A DNA stretch of 64,000 nt from Octopus sinensis (Eukaryota). The position numbers and the translations under genes are program-made. Location: positions 65,844,001-65,908,000 of the forward strand of contig NC_043006.1 in NCBI RefSeq assembly GCF_006345805.1, read 5' to 3'. Below, one piece after another: positions 1 through 13,644 of the stretch (position 1 is its first letter; each line of letters begins with the position of its first letter). The notes below the pieces were generated by a model. It saw nothing but the letters and a program-made list of their open reading frames with translations, had not been told where the DNA came from and made no database searches.

Positions 1-288
1 GGGACTTATCCTTTGTAAGCCCAGTACTTATTCTATCGCTCTTTTGCCGAACTGCTAAACACACCAGCATCGGTTGTCAAGCACAGACACACAAACACAC
101 ACACACACATACATATATACACATATATGACAGGCTTCTTTCAGTTTCCGTCTACCAAATCCACTCACAAGGCATTGGTCGGCCCGGGGTTATAGCAGAA
201 GACACTTGCCCAAGATGCCACGCAGTGGGACTGAACCTGGAACCATGTGGTTGGTTAGCAAGCTACTTACCACGCAACCACTCCTGCG

Positions 289-323
<35 letters not shown>

Positions 324-2797
324 TACTGTTTTGTTATGGGTAGGATCAACAAAAAAAGTAGTCTGTCTAGTGAGAGAGAAATGCCATATAGTATAGATAG
401 TATTTAAATAAGAGCTGCTAATAATTTCATGCTATGGAAACACAATAATCCAGGAGACTTGGATAACATGCCTTGTGTCTCCAAGCAATATTTCAAGCTT
501 GGTGCACATGTGGATATGCATTTCCATAGTGTTAAACTATTATCATCATCGTTCAGCGTTGGCTTTCCATGCTGGCATGGTTTGACTGAGGCCAGGTTAG
601 TCAGAAGGCTGCAACAGGCTCCAATCCAATCTGGCAGTGTTTCTACAGCTGAATGCCCTTCCTAATGCCAACCACTCTGAGAGTGTAGTGGATGCTTTTT
701 ACATGCCACTGGCATGGGAGCCTGTCAGGTAGCACTGGCAATGACCATGCTCAAATGGTACTTTTTACATGCCACCAGCACTGACATCGACCATGCTTAT
801 ATGGTACATTTTACGTGCCACTGGCATCAACCATGCTTGAATGGTGCATTTTATGTACCAATCAGGTGGTACTGTCATCGGCCATGATGACGACTTGCCT
901 CAACAGGTCTTTGCATGCTCACTTTATTGCCCAATGATTGAAGAGTACTCTTAAATGGGCTGGTTATGCTGCACTGACATAGGCCACAGTTATGGTCTCA
1001 CTTGGCTTGCCGGGTCTTCTCAAGCACAGCATATCTCCAAAGGTCTTGGTCATTTGTCATTGCCTTGGTGCGGCCCAACGTTCAAAGGTCGTGCTTATTG
1101 TGTATACTAAGTGGTACATCTTGTGATGTATTTGCTGTTTTGTCACCAATATTTTTGTAATGGTTTGGAAAATGGTGTCCTTTCCCTCTGTCTACTTACA
1201 TACCCTCTGCCACAACAGCTGAACTATCTACTTTGTTACTCTTTTCACTTACATCCATTGTTCCTCTTTTTGTACTTACCCTCACCTATCCCCTTGCTTA
1301 AAATCATCCTTCTCTCTATCTCTCCCTGCTGCTTCTTCCTCTTGTGGCAGTGGGCTTTTTTCTTTATTATTGCAAGTTGCAGGGCAACATTGATAGTGCT
1401 GGCACTATAAAAATAACTCTCAGTACACACTGTAAAGTGGTTGGTATTAAGAAGGGTATAAACCAGTCATAGAAACCAAATCTGTGACTTGGTAGCACAA
1501 CACAATCCTCTGACTTGTCAGATACTGATGATGTATCCAACCAATGCCAGCGTGGAAATTGGATGTGAGATATCATATTTTTGTGTCACATGTCACGAAT
1601 CTCTCTTGTGCATCCATGTGTTTTGAACAAAGGGAAATGTGATGTTTAGTAAGTTTAGTGGGTTCAAATTTTGGCACAAGGTCAGCAATTTGCGGGAGGG
1701 AGTAAGTTGGTTATATTCAACTCCAGTGTGTAACTGGTACTTATTTTATCGACTCCGAAAGGATGAAAGACAAAGTTGACCTTAGCGGAATTTGAACTCG
1801 GAATGTAAAGACAGACGAAATGCTGCTAAGCATTTGGCCCAACATGATAACGATTCTGCCAACTTGCCCCACCCTCAGCGCACAATATTGAGAACTTCAG
1901 TGGATTTCATCACAGATTTCAAACCTTGTCACATGCTAGAGTTACTATGTACGAGTTTACGTATCCTGCTCTGTGATATTTGCTTTGTCATCATCATCAT
2001 TTTATCATCCATTTCTTCATGCTTGCATGGATTAGAAAGAGTTTAGTGTGGCAAATTTTCCATGGCTGAATGTCCTTCATGTTGCCAACCCTTACTCATT
2101 TTTAAGCAAGGAAATATTTCCCAATGGCCAGGTGTCCTGTCACAGTATTGGAAATAAATTACATTTGTTTACAATAATCAAGCAATGTCCAGACAAGGAG
2201 GCATGTACATACATGCACTCACACACAAATACATATGATAGGCTTCTTTCAGTTTCCATCTACCAAGTGGTTGGCATTAGGGTGTCCAGCTGTAGAAATC
2301 CTGCCAAATCAGACTGGTGTCTGGTACAACCCCTCAGCTTCCCAGCCCTGGTCAAACTGTCCAACCCATGCTAGCATGGACAATGGATGTTAAATGATAA
2401 TGATGAATTCCACTCAGTTTTAGCTGGCCTGGGCAAGAGTATAAAATGCTTGCCCAGAGTACCACACAGTGGGACTGAACCGGAGCCCATGTAATTCGGA
2501 AGCAAACTTCTCAACCGCATAGCCATACCTGTGCCTTCTCTATATTAATTTTCTGACATTGTTGCTGCAAGTCCACACCTTTACAGGGAAGGGTTGTACT
2601 CTCTTTTACTTGTTTCAGTCATTTGACTGTGGCCATGCTGAAGCACCACCTTTAGTCGAGCAAATTGACCCCAGGACTTATTCTTTGTAAGCCTAGTACT
2701 TTATTGGTCTCTTTTGCCGAACTGCTAAGTTACATAGACGTAAACACACCAGCATTGGTTGTCAAGCGATGTTGGGGGGACACAGACACACAAACAT

Positions 2798-2807
<10 letters not shown>

Positions 2808-2852
<45 letters not shown>
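2808..2852. repeat. (TA)n microsatellite (representative)
   Basis: Long perfect TA run. Others at about 292-320, 40421-40449, 41893-41943, 43280-43300 and 55981-56003. These generate the YIYIYI pseudo-ORFs. Confidence 0.95.
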
Positions 2853-2862
<10 letters not shown>

Positions 2863-5800
2863 TGACAGGCTTCTTTCAGTTTCCGTCTACCAAATCCACT
2901 CACAAGGCTTTGGTCGGTCCGAGGCCACAGCAGAAGACACCTGCCCAAGGTGCCACGCAGTGGGAACGAACCTGGAACCATGTGGTTGGTAAGCAAGCTA
3001 CTTACCACAGAGACACTCCTGCACTTATGGTTGTAGTTGATGAAATCAACTTCTACTACTTAATTGATCCTTTGTTTATTGATCTTTAGGAGATTTGAAC
3101 ACTGGATGTTAAGGGGACTTATACCTCTTTTTGTCTGATGCTCTATTATTTCACTATTTTCATTATTTAACATCCATTTTTCCATGCTGGCATGGATTGG
3201 AGGATTTCACAGGGGCTGGTAAGCCTGGGACCTGTGCCAGGCTCTGTTGTCTGTTTTGGAATTGTTTCTATGCCCTTCCTAATACCAACCTCTTTACAGA
3301 GTTTACTGGGTGCTTTTTATGTGGTGCCAGCACCAGTGCTTTTACACATGGCACCAGCAAGGGTGCTTTTTATGTGGTGCCTTATTTTGAGTGAAGAGAC
3401 ATTGGCTCAATTCCCAGTTGAAACCATTTCACTGCACTTCATCTTGTGATGCAAATACGTTGTTGCTTGACCTACTAACAATAGCAGCCAAACCATTATC
3501 AAATCACTCCCTACTGTCATAAAGGAAGAGCACATTAAATGATACAATCCAAGTTATACTGTTTTGAGAGGATCCCCTTCGGTCATGAATGACCATGGGA
3601 TTGCACCTACAAAGTACCCCTCTCAGGCACAGGTCTGGGCAAGGTCGTTTATGGATGACCAGCAGTTGCCCATGCACATCAGCCTCCCCTCTCCATGCCA
3701 CTGATGTTGGGAAAGGCAAAGGCTGATACAGCTTGGTACCAGGGACATTGCAACTCATTTCTACAGCTGAGTGAACTGGAGCAATGTGAAATAAAATGCC
3801 TTGCTCAAGAACACAATATGTAGCCTGGTCTGGGAATCGAACTCACTACCTCATGATTGTGAGCCCAACACTCTAACCATCACACTGTTTTGGAATAAAA
3901 TGGGAAATAGTCACAATTGAAACTCTTGATCTGTTTGGCCTGCTTGATGAAGGCTGACTTGGACTAAACATTTTTGGGTGATGTGGTGTAACATTGCTTT
4001 GCAAGTTCCACATACTCGATCTGTAATGTGACTTCACATTTGATGACCACCCTGCTTAAGATTGCCCCTCATTCTATGATACAAATTCCTGTTTAAATTG
4101 ATATAAAAATTTAAACCTTTAAAATTTTATGTTAATTTATATTCCAAACACCAGCTTGATATTGGCTTCAAATTTTGGCACAAGGCCAGCAATTTCAAGG
4201 GAAGGAGTATGTTTGTTACATTGACCTCCAGTGCTCAACTGGTACTTATTTTATCAACCCTGAAAGGCAAAGTCAACCTTGCTGGAGTATGAAATCAGAA
4301 CGTAAAGAGGAACAAAATTCTGCTTAATGTTTTTCTCAGCATGCTAACGTTTCTGTTGCCAGTTATTTTACTAAATTCTTCATGATTTTCAAAATTAATT
4401 GACACAACAGTAGTGTTTCAGCAGAAATATGGTAACAAAAGAATTAACTAAATGGTTTCATGGCCCTTAATAATTAATACAACTATTTGATGTGATGATT
4501 TGTTTCATCAGTTGAAAATTTTCTGTGATAAAGAGACCTTATATGATCACATTATTAGAATCAGTGCCACCTGACTGGCTCTTGTGCTGGTGGCATGCAA
4601 TAAGCACCATTCTTGTGTCAGTTGTCAGTGCCAGTGGGGTGTAAAAAGACCTGGTTGATGCCAGCGACCCTGCCCCAACTGGCTCCTGTGCTGGTAGCAC
4701 ATAAAAGGCACCATCCGAATGTGACCGATGCCAGTGCCACCTGACTGACTCCTGTGCCAGTGGAATGTAAAAAGCACCCAATACGCTCTCGGGATGGTTG
4801 GCGTCAGGAAGGATATCCAGCTGCAGAACATTGCCAGATCAGATTGGAGCCTGGTGCGACCACCTGGCTTGCCAGTCCCCAGTCAAACCATCCAACCCAT
4901 GCCAGCATAGAAAACAGACGTTAAACGATGATGATGATGGTTACTATTTTTCGTCTTGGAAAGGGAAGAGCAGCTCCCATTGATTATCCTCACTCTCTCT
5001 TAATGTGAATAGCTATGCTAAATCCTCTACAAGAACTAACTCTGAACCCCTATTGTACTTTAACCCCTCATCTTACATGAAACTCACCCCCATCTTGGTG
5101 TTTGTACTTTTGTGAGCTGAATGGCAACCTCACTAGTACTGGTAGCACCAAAAAAAATAGAAGCATTTAGTGCGTTTTGTAAAGAGGGTGGTGGTAAGAA
5201 GAGCATCCATCTGTAGAAACCTGCCGAAGTAGGCATTGTAGCATGATACAGTCCTTGGGCCCAGCAGATCCTGTCAAACTGTTCATTCCATACCAACATA
5301 GAACATGGATGTTAAATGATGATGATGGGGCTATCTTCAAAGTGGAGATGTGGCCCCATTGCTTATAACAGAGTGAATTCCGTTAAAGGCACCCAAGGCC
5401 TAGGTGTTGGTGCTAAACCCATGTATGTAACCTGATCAAACTTGCAGCTTATAGTAACCTTGTTAGCTTATACACATTCAGCCAGGCATTCTATAACTTT
5501 GGTGGTTTATAGACATGCATCCAAACTTGGTTTCCGAAAGAGAAAAATAGATGAGATTTTTTTTTTTTTCATCCTTATTTCCTTCAATGCAAACATTTGA
5601 GTTTGATAACCTGAAGTCTAATGCACTAGAAAAAGTAGACTGACACAGCATTGGTTCAGTCCTGCTACATAGCACCTTGGCCAAGTATCTTCTGCAGTAT
5701 TCTCCGTCTGACCAATTTTTGCACGGTGGGTTGATAGATGGAAACTAAGAAGCCCTTGTATGTGTGTTATTTCATTGTCTTGACATTGTATCATTTGTAA

Positions 5801-8440
5801 TGTTCTGTGAAGACCTATTTGGTCATGGGAAACATTACCTTGCTTGGAAATAGGTGAGGGTTGGTGACAGGAAGGGCATCCAATTGTAGAAAATCTGCCT
5901 CAATAAAGTCTGTATGACCCATGCAAGCATGGAAAAATGGACGTTAAAACAATGATGATTGCTGTATGAATTGCAAGTACTCCAGTCTTGTCTCGTGTAA
6001 CCAAGCCTGATGGATCTGTGGGCTTGTAGTTATTAATAGGGTGCACAGTTAAATGTGCGAGCTTGGCATTGCAATTGGATATGGTTTTCAGAGGTAAAAG
6101 ATACCAGATGACTATGGTATTAGTTGAAGGAACACTGTGTAACTTCAATGAAGGGCTTGAACAAATGTTGAGGTTCTAGAGAGAGCACAAACTGCTACAC
6201 AACCCATAACTTTTTTTGTTACCGAAAACTAGGATTTCTGTTTATATTCAGGTCAACCATGACCATCTCATCTTTTATGCAAGTACAGTATATTCAGAAA
6301 TACTGTACCCAATGTTTACATTTTTAGTTATTTATTTTTGAAGGTGCTATGGTATCGTGATTTGATAAATTTGGCTGTGATTTCCAGCAGGCCGAACGAG
6401 GTTCTGTGTGACATGAGTCAACAGAACCTACAATATTTTAACCTTAGCTCAGAGAACTCCCAAACTTGACGATGGTGGTGGGGCAATTCCTTATTATCAC
6501 TGATATTTATTTTATCGATCAGATAAAAGCTGACATCAGTTTCAAATCGACGCCAAATTTCAAGGGACGTAAGTCAACACCGCAAAGTGTTTTTCTACGA
6601 CCCACGACAAGGTACCCCGAACACTCACACAAAAAGAAATTTTAAAATTTTAATTTTATTTTGACTATCACGGTAGACTTGGTGATTTTTAAAATTATAT
6701 ATTATGCACTTCGTGTTTTCTTATGCGCGTTGATACCCCTTTTTGTGGTGCAAAAAGGTTGGGCATTGCTGCTCTACAAATCTTGCGGACAACAGTTTAA
6801 TAGTGATGGTAGTGGTGGAGAGGGCTTTCTACGAAGGACGTGTTGCTTTTTCGTTTGTTCACACCAGCAGAAGCACTTTAAACGTCGTGTCGTGTCATCA
6901 TCTACCTTAGTGTTGTATCGTCTATCGTCCATTTCGGAGTTAATTCACGAGTGTAAAATAACGAATTGCTTTTCCATGCTCACTCAACATTTATATCAAA
7001 CCTATATCTATGTTGGTTGTATATGTATATCGTTGCTATTATGTTTAACTGTCGTATGTCCAAATTTGGCCAAATGCGTTTTTTTTTACATTTTCTTTTA
7101 AATATCGATTAAAAATAAGACTTTTTTAATACTTTCCAATGCATTAAGGCGCGGATGTGGATGTGGTTCCTTGTGAGTGGATTTGGTAGACGAACACTGT
7201 GTGGAAGCCCGTGGGGTGTGTGTCTTTGTATCCTCCTCCCACCGCCATCACTTGACAACCAGTGCTAGTTTGTTTACGTCCCACCTAACTTAACGGTTTG
7301 GCAAAAGAAATCGATAGAATGCCAGATTCTACTAGTAAGCACTAGGGTCGATTTGTTCGAATAAAACCCTTCAAGGCGGTGCTCCAGCATGACCGCGGTG
7401 CAGAGTCCGGAAAGAATAAAAGAGAAAAGTTACGTTTTAAAACACTTGAGAAATACGCACATACCAACCAACATGCGTACATGTTCACGCACTTGTTTGC
7501 CAAGATCTATGGTGTCTAGGCACGTTATCACATTCTCAACCTCAACGCATGCCTGAACCTGATTTTAAGCAAGTCCAAAACACATTTCGGTCCGTTAACT
7601 TCATAAGTTTTTATGGGTTTATCTAAGGCCTTCGCCCCCTCCTCCATCTCTCCTTAACGTGTATATTTTATGAAATTAGCCTCAATACATTATAACTCTT
7701 TCTACTGGAAGCTCAAGGCCTCAGATTTGAGGGAATGGGATAAGTCGATTACATCGATCCCAGTACGTAACCGGTACTAATTTTATTGACCCCAAAAAGT
7801 CGAAAGGCAAAGTCGAACTCGGCGGAATTTGAGCTCAGAACATAACGGCAGACGAAATATCGCTAAGCATTTCGCCCGGTGTGCTAACGATTCTGCTAGT
7901 TCGCCGCCTTTAATAATAATATTAATAATTTTTGGGGGTCTTTCGTTATTCCTTTGTGAAAACTTTTTTTTCCTATTAACTGAGGCAACGGGTTAAAAAA
8001 AAAAAAGAAAAAGAATCATTAAAAACAAATACATCCGTTTTAACTTTGGTTTAATTATCAATTAATTTGTTGTTTGTTACCAGCCACGTGGTCCACGAAA
8101 TGAAACTTAGGATCTCAAACCAATGGACTGTAAATCGTTTGGTCCGAGGCCGCTCAAAGAATAAATTTTAATTCGTGGGTTTATATATAAAATGCAACGA
8201 AGTGTGTAGGAAAAGAATAAATAAAAATAAGAATAATACAATTCGATAAAACGAACGTAATTCTACTGACCATTCTTTTTATTATAATTATAATAATTGG
8301 TTTAAAATTTTGACACAAGGCCAGCAATTTCGGGAGTAGGAGGGGTGGGTATGTCGATTACGTCGACCTCAGCGGAATTTGAACTCAGAACGTATAATGC
8401 TGCTATGCTAACGATTCTGCCTTATATGCATGTAGTAATT

Positions 8441-9392
8441 GGCGAAGGTAAAGGACACGAACCGTACCCCCCTTCGTTTTTTTTTTGTGGGGGGGGGGGG
8501 TTCAACAGAAACCCACTTTTCCCACTGGAGATTCCGAATCTGCAAAAAAAAAAATCGGCATTTCAGAGTTTTAAATTCCCCCCCCCCCCCAAAATTTTTT
8601 TCGCTTTTTTAAAGAAATTTTCTTTGCGAAATACGTAAAAAAAATAGAGAGATTATGATTATGACAAAAAAATTTTGTAAAATTTCAATTTTTCAAAAAT
8701 AAATAGACATAAATAGATAAACACCCCCATCCACTCCACCAGCGCATCTGTGACAGAAAGTGAACATGTGGTGTTGAGGATCTTTTGGAATTAGAGCTAT
8801 GTAAAAATTAGTTTTTTTGCACACACACACACACACACACACACTAAAATGACATTTAAAAAAAATTTTTTTTTTTGAGAATTCGTATTTAGAATGTGGA
8901 TCTTCATTTGGCTGTTGTTTCTAGCTTGACGGACTTTCCGGTTGGAGCGTACTTAAAAATTGAAGATTTTGAAAACTCCCAAAAACACATTTTCAAAATT
9001 TTAATTTTCCCCCTCTCCACCTCTCTGTCAAAAAAGGGGGTGGGGAATAAAATTTTGAAAAAACGATTCGTCGTTTAGCTGCTGTTTCTAGCATGTCGAG
9101 TTTTCTGTTTAGATACTGTTTATGGGGGAGGGGTGTTTATTTTTTTGTAAAATTTCAATTTTACAAATTTTTTTTTACAATCCTAATCTTCGTATTTTTC
9201 TACATATTTCAACAAAATAGATTTCTAAAAAGTGAAAAACGGGGTGGGGGGATTCAAATATTGAAATGCTGTTTTTTTTTTTGCAGATTCGGAATCTTCA
9301 CAGTCGAAAAGGTGGGTTTCTGTAGAAAAAAACCAAAAGCAAAAAAAAAAAATAACCTAAAGCGGGTGCAGTCCATGTCCTTTATCTCTGCC
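8441..9392. mobile_element. Foldback non-autonomous DNA transposon, MULE/Mutator-like
   Basis: 9-bp direct repeat gtagtaatt at 8432-8440 and 9393-9401. Termini are GGC...GCC. Imperfect inverted arms of about 300 bp (e.g. gaaacccacttttcccactggagattccgaatctgcaaaaa versus its reverse complement near 9272-9320). Confidence 0.8.
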
Positions 9393-11483
9393 GTAGTAAT
9401 TTATATATTATGTGCTTTGTTTTGTTATGTACTTGACCCTCTGGTCCGTGGAAAAATTGTCTTGCATGAAACCTGTCCATGAAGGCCCGCTGCTGTAGCC
9501 TGCAGCTGTGATCTAATACGCTCCATTTGTGACCATGTGGTCTTATTTTAAGACAATGCACATCTAAGACTGTCCTTTTTATAAGCACACCACGTTGTGA
9601 GTTGTGGAAAAATATACGTAACATATGTAAACCTAGAAGTGGTAAGCTGTAGTTATCCAATTTAAAAAGTCATTTTGCATGAGTGACTACCGAGTTAATT
9701 GTTATTTTATGGTATGTTTTACAAATGTAAAATTCAAAGATACAACATGTGTAGTATGAATACTACTTCGAGCCAATGTAAATTGCTAAGAATATTTTCT
9801 TCTTGGAAAGCGGCGAACTGGCAGAGACGTTAGCACAGTGGGTGAAATGCTTTGTAGTATTTCATCTGTCTTTGTGTTCTGAGCTCAGATTCTGCTGAGG
9901 TTGACTTTGCCTTTCATCCTTTCGGGTGAGTGGTGGGGGGTCGATAAATTAAGTACTAGTTGCATACTGGGGTCGATTTAATTGACTGGCCCTTCCCCCA
10001 AAATTTCGGGCCTTGTGCCTAGAGTAGAAACGAATATTTTCTTCTCGGGCCCTGGTTATCTGCTTTCTATGACCGAGATCACTGCGTTCCACTTGAATGT
10101 TCATTGCTGGGTTCAAAACCAGCAATTTTTGAGGGGCAGGGCATGTCAATCACCTCAACCTCAGTAGGGAGAAGGGGCGGGAATGGGTAAGTGGGGTAAA
10201 AGAAATAGTTTCTGATTTTCTTTTATTTCCTCCCTATCTGTTTGAAACTATTACCTTGCAAGAATTGCATCCTTTGTTCTGTTTCATCATCTTTGGGAGT
10301 AAAAATTGGTCAGCATAGTTGTTGTTGTTGCTGACAGTCCAAAACCTAGTCAGCTGACAGGTACTTTTTTCAAGAAATTTTTCCTCGACTTTGACCTGAT
10401 TTTAATTAAGGTTGCTAATAAAATATCTGAATAATTTTCTCTGTTGGATTCCAAGTCGAGTTTTTCTGACGCTAATGTCTAATTTTATAATTTTCAATTT
10501 GCAAGATGTCTACAGCAGAGCAAAATGAGTGACTAATTTCAATAATTTCTTCTCTTGAACATCACCTGTAAATATATCAGGATGAGAACCACTGCAGCAG
10601 GTCGTGAAGAAGCTATAGAGAATATTTTATGATGAATTTTTAGATTTAGTGGAGTTTTGTAAATTTTATATCATGTCCTGTTTTTCCAAGATCCTCTTTT
10701 ACTTGATCGAGATATTTAAAATTTTTGTATTTCTGATCTTATGACTAAAGATGGATATTGATGTATATGAACATCTTTTTCCCAAATGTATTTCTGGGGA
10801 CAAACACACACACAAAAACATATACATATATACGACAGGCTTCTTTCAGTTTCCGTCTACCAAATCCACTCACAAGGCTTTGGTTGGCCCAAGGCTGTAG
10901 TAGAAGACACTTGCTCAAGGTGCCACACAGTGGGATTGAACCTGGAACCATGTGGTTCGTAAGCAAGCTACTTACCACACAGCCACTCCTATGCCTTAAT
11001 TACCATTTATCATATATTTTATAAACAATAAACACCCCTCTCTCTCTTTCGGAGAGGCATTCTTTAGAATTTTTGGAGATCTTTGGGAATTCCAATGTAT
11101 AGATTTTTTGTGGTTCCTTCCATTTTATCCTGGTGGTCATTATTATACATATCTTATTCTACTGACAATAATGTATATGAGGAAGATTTGGCTGCTATTT
11201 CTGTAACCAGTTGATTAACCATGTACAGGTTTGTTGATTAATTTGTGTCAGTGCATAATATGTTCACATGAATGGACTGAATAGAAACAGTTCTTTGTGT
11301 ATCGAGCCTTCGGCACTCTGGTTTGATTCCACTGTGAGCCATCTTGGGCAAATATCTTTGGGTTAACTAACTGAAAACCTTGGGAGTGAAATTTGAGTAG
11401 ATGGAGACTAACCAGAAGCCCTTCAAATGACCTTTATGTGTAATTGCATGTACACACCAATTCTGGCAGAGACCTTAGTTATG

Positions 11484-11965
11484 GGCACACCTACACAAGT
11501 GTGCCCTCCACTGACTTTGTTTCCTCATAACTTTCAGAAAAATGGATATTTTTTTAATGAAATTTCCTAGAAATATGCTTCTGATGGCATAGATTCCAAT
11601 TATATTGGAATTTGTCAGGAAATATTTTTTTCAGAAGGATGGGGAAGCGGAGCTTTGGATAATTCACACGAGTTGGTTTTGTTTCTTCATAACTTTCAGA
11701 AAGATAGGCATTTTTTAATGAAATTTTCTACAAATACATTTCAGGTGGTGTAGATTGCGATGTCAGTATAATGTGTAAAAAAAAAAAAAAAAAACACATC
11801 TAAAAGAGACTTGAAAATTTGAGAAAATTTTAATGTATGTATGTGTGCACAGCCACCATTTAAAAAAATTTCCTTTTTCCACATTGAATTCCAATGTAAT
11901 TGGCATTTGAAAGGTATTTGTAGAAAACTTCATTCTAAATATCCATTTTTCTGAAAGCTATAAAG
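11484..11965. mobile_element. Non-autonomous DNA-transposon-like repeat with repeated subterminal motif
   Basis: The motif cataactttcagaaaaatggatatt...aatgaaattt occurs twice direct (about 11525 and 11685) and once inverted (about 11915-11960). Confidence 0.45.
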
Positions 11966-13622
11966 ACTGTGCATGGCTTAGTAGTTAGGATGTTTGGCTC
12001 ACAATTGTGAGGTTGTGAGTTCGATTCCCAGAGACATCTCGTGTCCTTAAGCAAGATACTTTATTTCACATTGCTCCAGCCACTCTGCTGGCAAAAATGA
12101 GTTGTACATGTAGTTCGAAGGGGGCAGCCTTGTTATATTCTATGTCACGCTGGATCTCCCTGAGAAATTCGTTAAGGGTATGCATGTCTGTGAAGGCGGC
12201 GAGCTGGCAGAAAAGTTAGCAAACTGGGCGAAATGCTTAGTATTTTGTCTGCCACTATGTTCTGAGTTCAAATTCCGCTGAGGTCGACTTTGCCTTTCAT
12301 CCTTTCGGGGTCGATTAAATAAGTACCAGTTACAGACTGGGGTCGATATAGTCGACTTAATCCCTTTGTTTGTCCCCTCTTATTTATGTGTTTTGTGCCT
12401 AGACTGAGATTTTGTCAGTATACCTTTGAACTCTGACCATTCATTAGCACTATTGTATTAGACATTTGTTCTTTGGATTCTTTTGATCCACATTTCTATC
12501 AATAACCTTATTGCAGCTAATGTTTTGAGTGTGGAGGCACATGGTCTTATGGTGAGAGCAGCTGACTTGCAGTTGAGGCATCATGGGGCATCTCAGACCA
12601 GGCGATGTGTGTGTTTAAGAGCAAGACACCTAAGCTCCATGCAGCAATGGCAAACTCTGCTACCTCTTTCACCACAACTTTCTCTCACTCTCTCCTCCTG
12701 CATCTAGCAGCTCACCTGAGATGGATGGGCGTCCCGTCCAGGTGGGGGAGCCTATATGGCAATGAAGCAGGCAAACTAGCCCTTATGAGCCAAGCATGGC
12801 TTGAGGAGGAACAAACAACATGCTTTGAGCACAAGACCTAAGTGGAGATTAAGGAACACATTCCACTATCTTTATTGTTGTTGCTCAACACTGGTTTAGC
12901 TCTCTGTTGGCCCCTGCTGTCATGCAGAACAACAAAGTATATTGGATGTTATGCTGTAGAGCTGTGGTTCTTACCTCTTTTAATATTCTGGGGATTTTTT
13001 TTAGGGGGCTACATCAAAAAATGTAAAGTACAAGTCAGTTAAAGAAAAAATTATAAAAGGAAGACAGTTGAGGGCTGCTTGAAGGTTGCACAAAGTCCTG
13101 GGAGTGGCAGTTGAGAACTGCTGTTTTAGAGACCTCCAAAATTGGGAGGGTGTGTACTTTAAATGCTTATATTTTGTAAATTATTTGTAAAGAGCGTTAG
13201 TGTGTGTATATCAGTAGTTACAGTGGTAGGGGTAATGTGTGTGCATGTCAACAGTAATGGGGACATAAACACACCAACCCCCTTTGTCAAGTGGTGGTGG
13301 GACAAACACATACACACAATGGGCTTCTTTCATTTTCCAACTACCAAATCCACTCATTAGGCTTTAGTTGACCTGAAGCTATAGTAGAAGACACTTGCCC
13401 GAGGTGCGACACAGTGGGACTGAACTCAGGACGATATGGCTGGAAAGCAAGCTTCTTACCACATGACTAACGCTTGTGAACCTGTTTACATAACTAAATT
13501 ATTGTACAGTTACTGTTAAGCCTTGTTCAAAGCTGTATATAGAAGAGGTGTCTCTTGGAATGTTATAATATATTTCGATGTGTGTATGTATTTGTAATTT
13601 GTTGCTTTGTAACATTATTTGA

Positions 13623-13644
13623 TTTCCTTAACAAAGTCTCTCAG
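13623..13644 (+). promoter_or_regulatory. U12-type (minor spliceosome) branch point plus 3' splice site of an LSM12 intron
   Basis: TTTCCTTAAC (13623-13632) lies 12 nt before the AG acceptor with no polypyrimidine tract. This is the canonical U12 branch consensus and spacing. Confidence 0.75.

Noticed and set aside
2665-3089. ORFs rich in YIYIYI/HTHT (also at about 225, 40230-40766, 41797-42115, 53917-54447)
   Set aside because: Translations of (TA)n/(CA)n microsatellites and SINE bodies.
6661-7101. 146-aa ORF as a candidate LSM12 first exon
   Set aside because: No match to the LSM12 N-terminal motif in any frame, no U12 donor, and it contains a hAT-like terminus.
9382-9660. 92-aa minus-strand ORF with a plausible acceptor
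   Set aside because: Overlaps a Charlie-like hAT terminal sequence; no recognisable domain and no partner exons.
10506-10532. ATGTCTACAGCAGAGCAAAATGA|gtgact as a possible LSM12 start exon
   Set aside because: Would need a further exon with the VSC-x-TC...GEV-x-AFD motif before 13645, and none was found.
10629-10736. Possible C/D box snoRNA (ATGATGA...CTGA)
   Set aside because: No convincing terminal stem, and the would-be guide is low-complexity T/A sequence; expected by chance.
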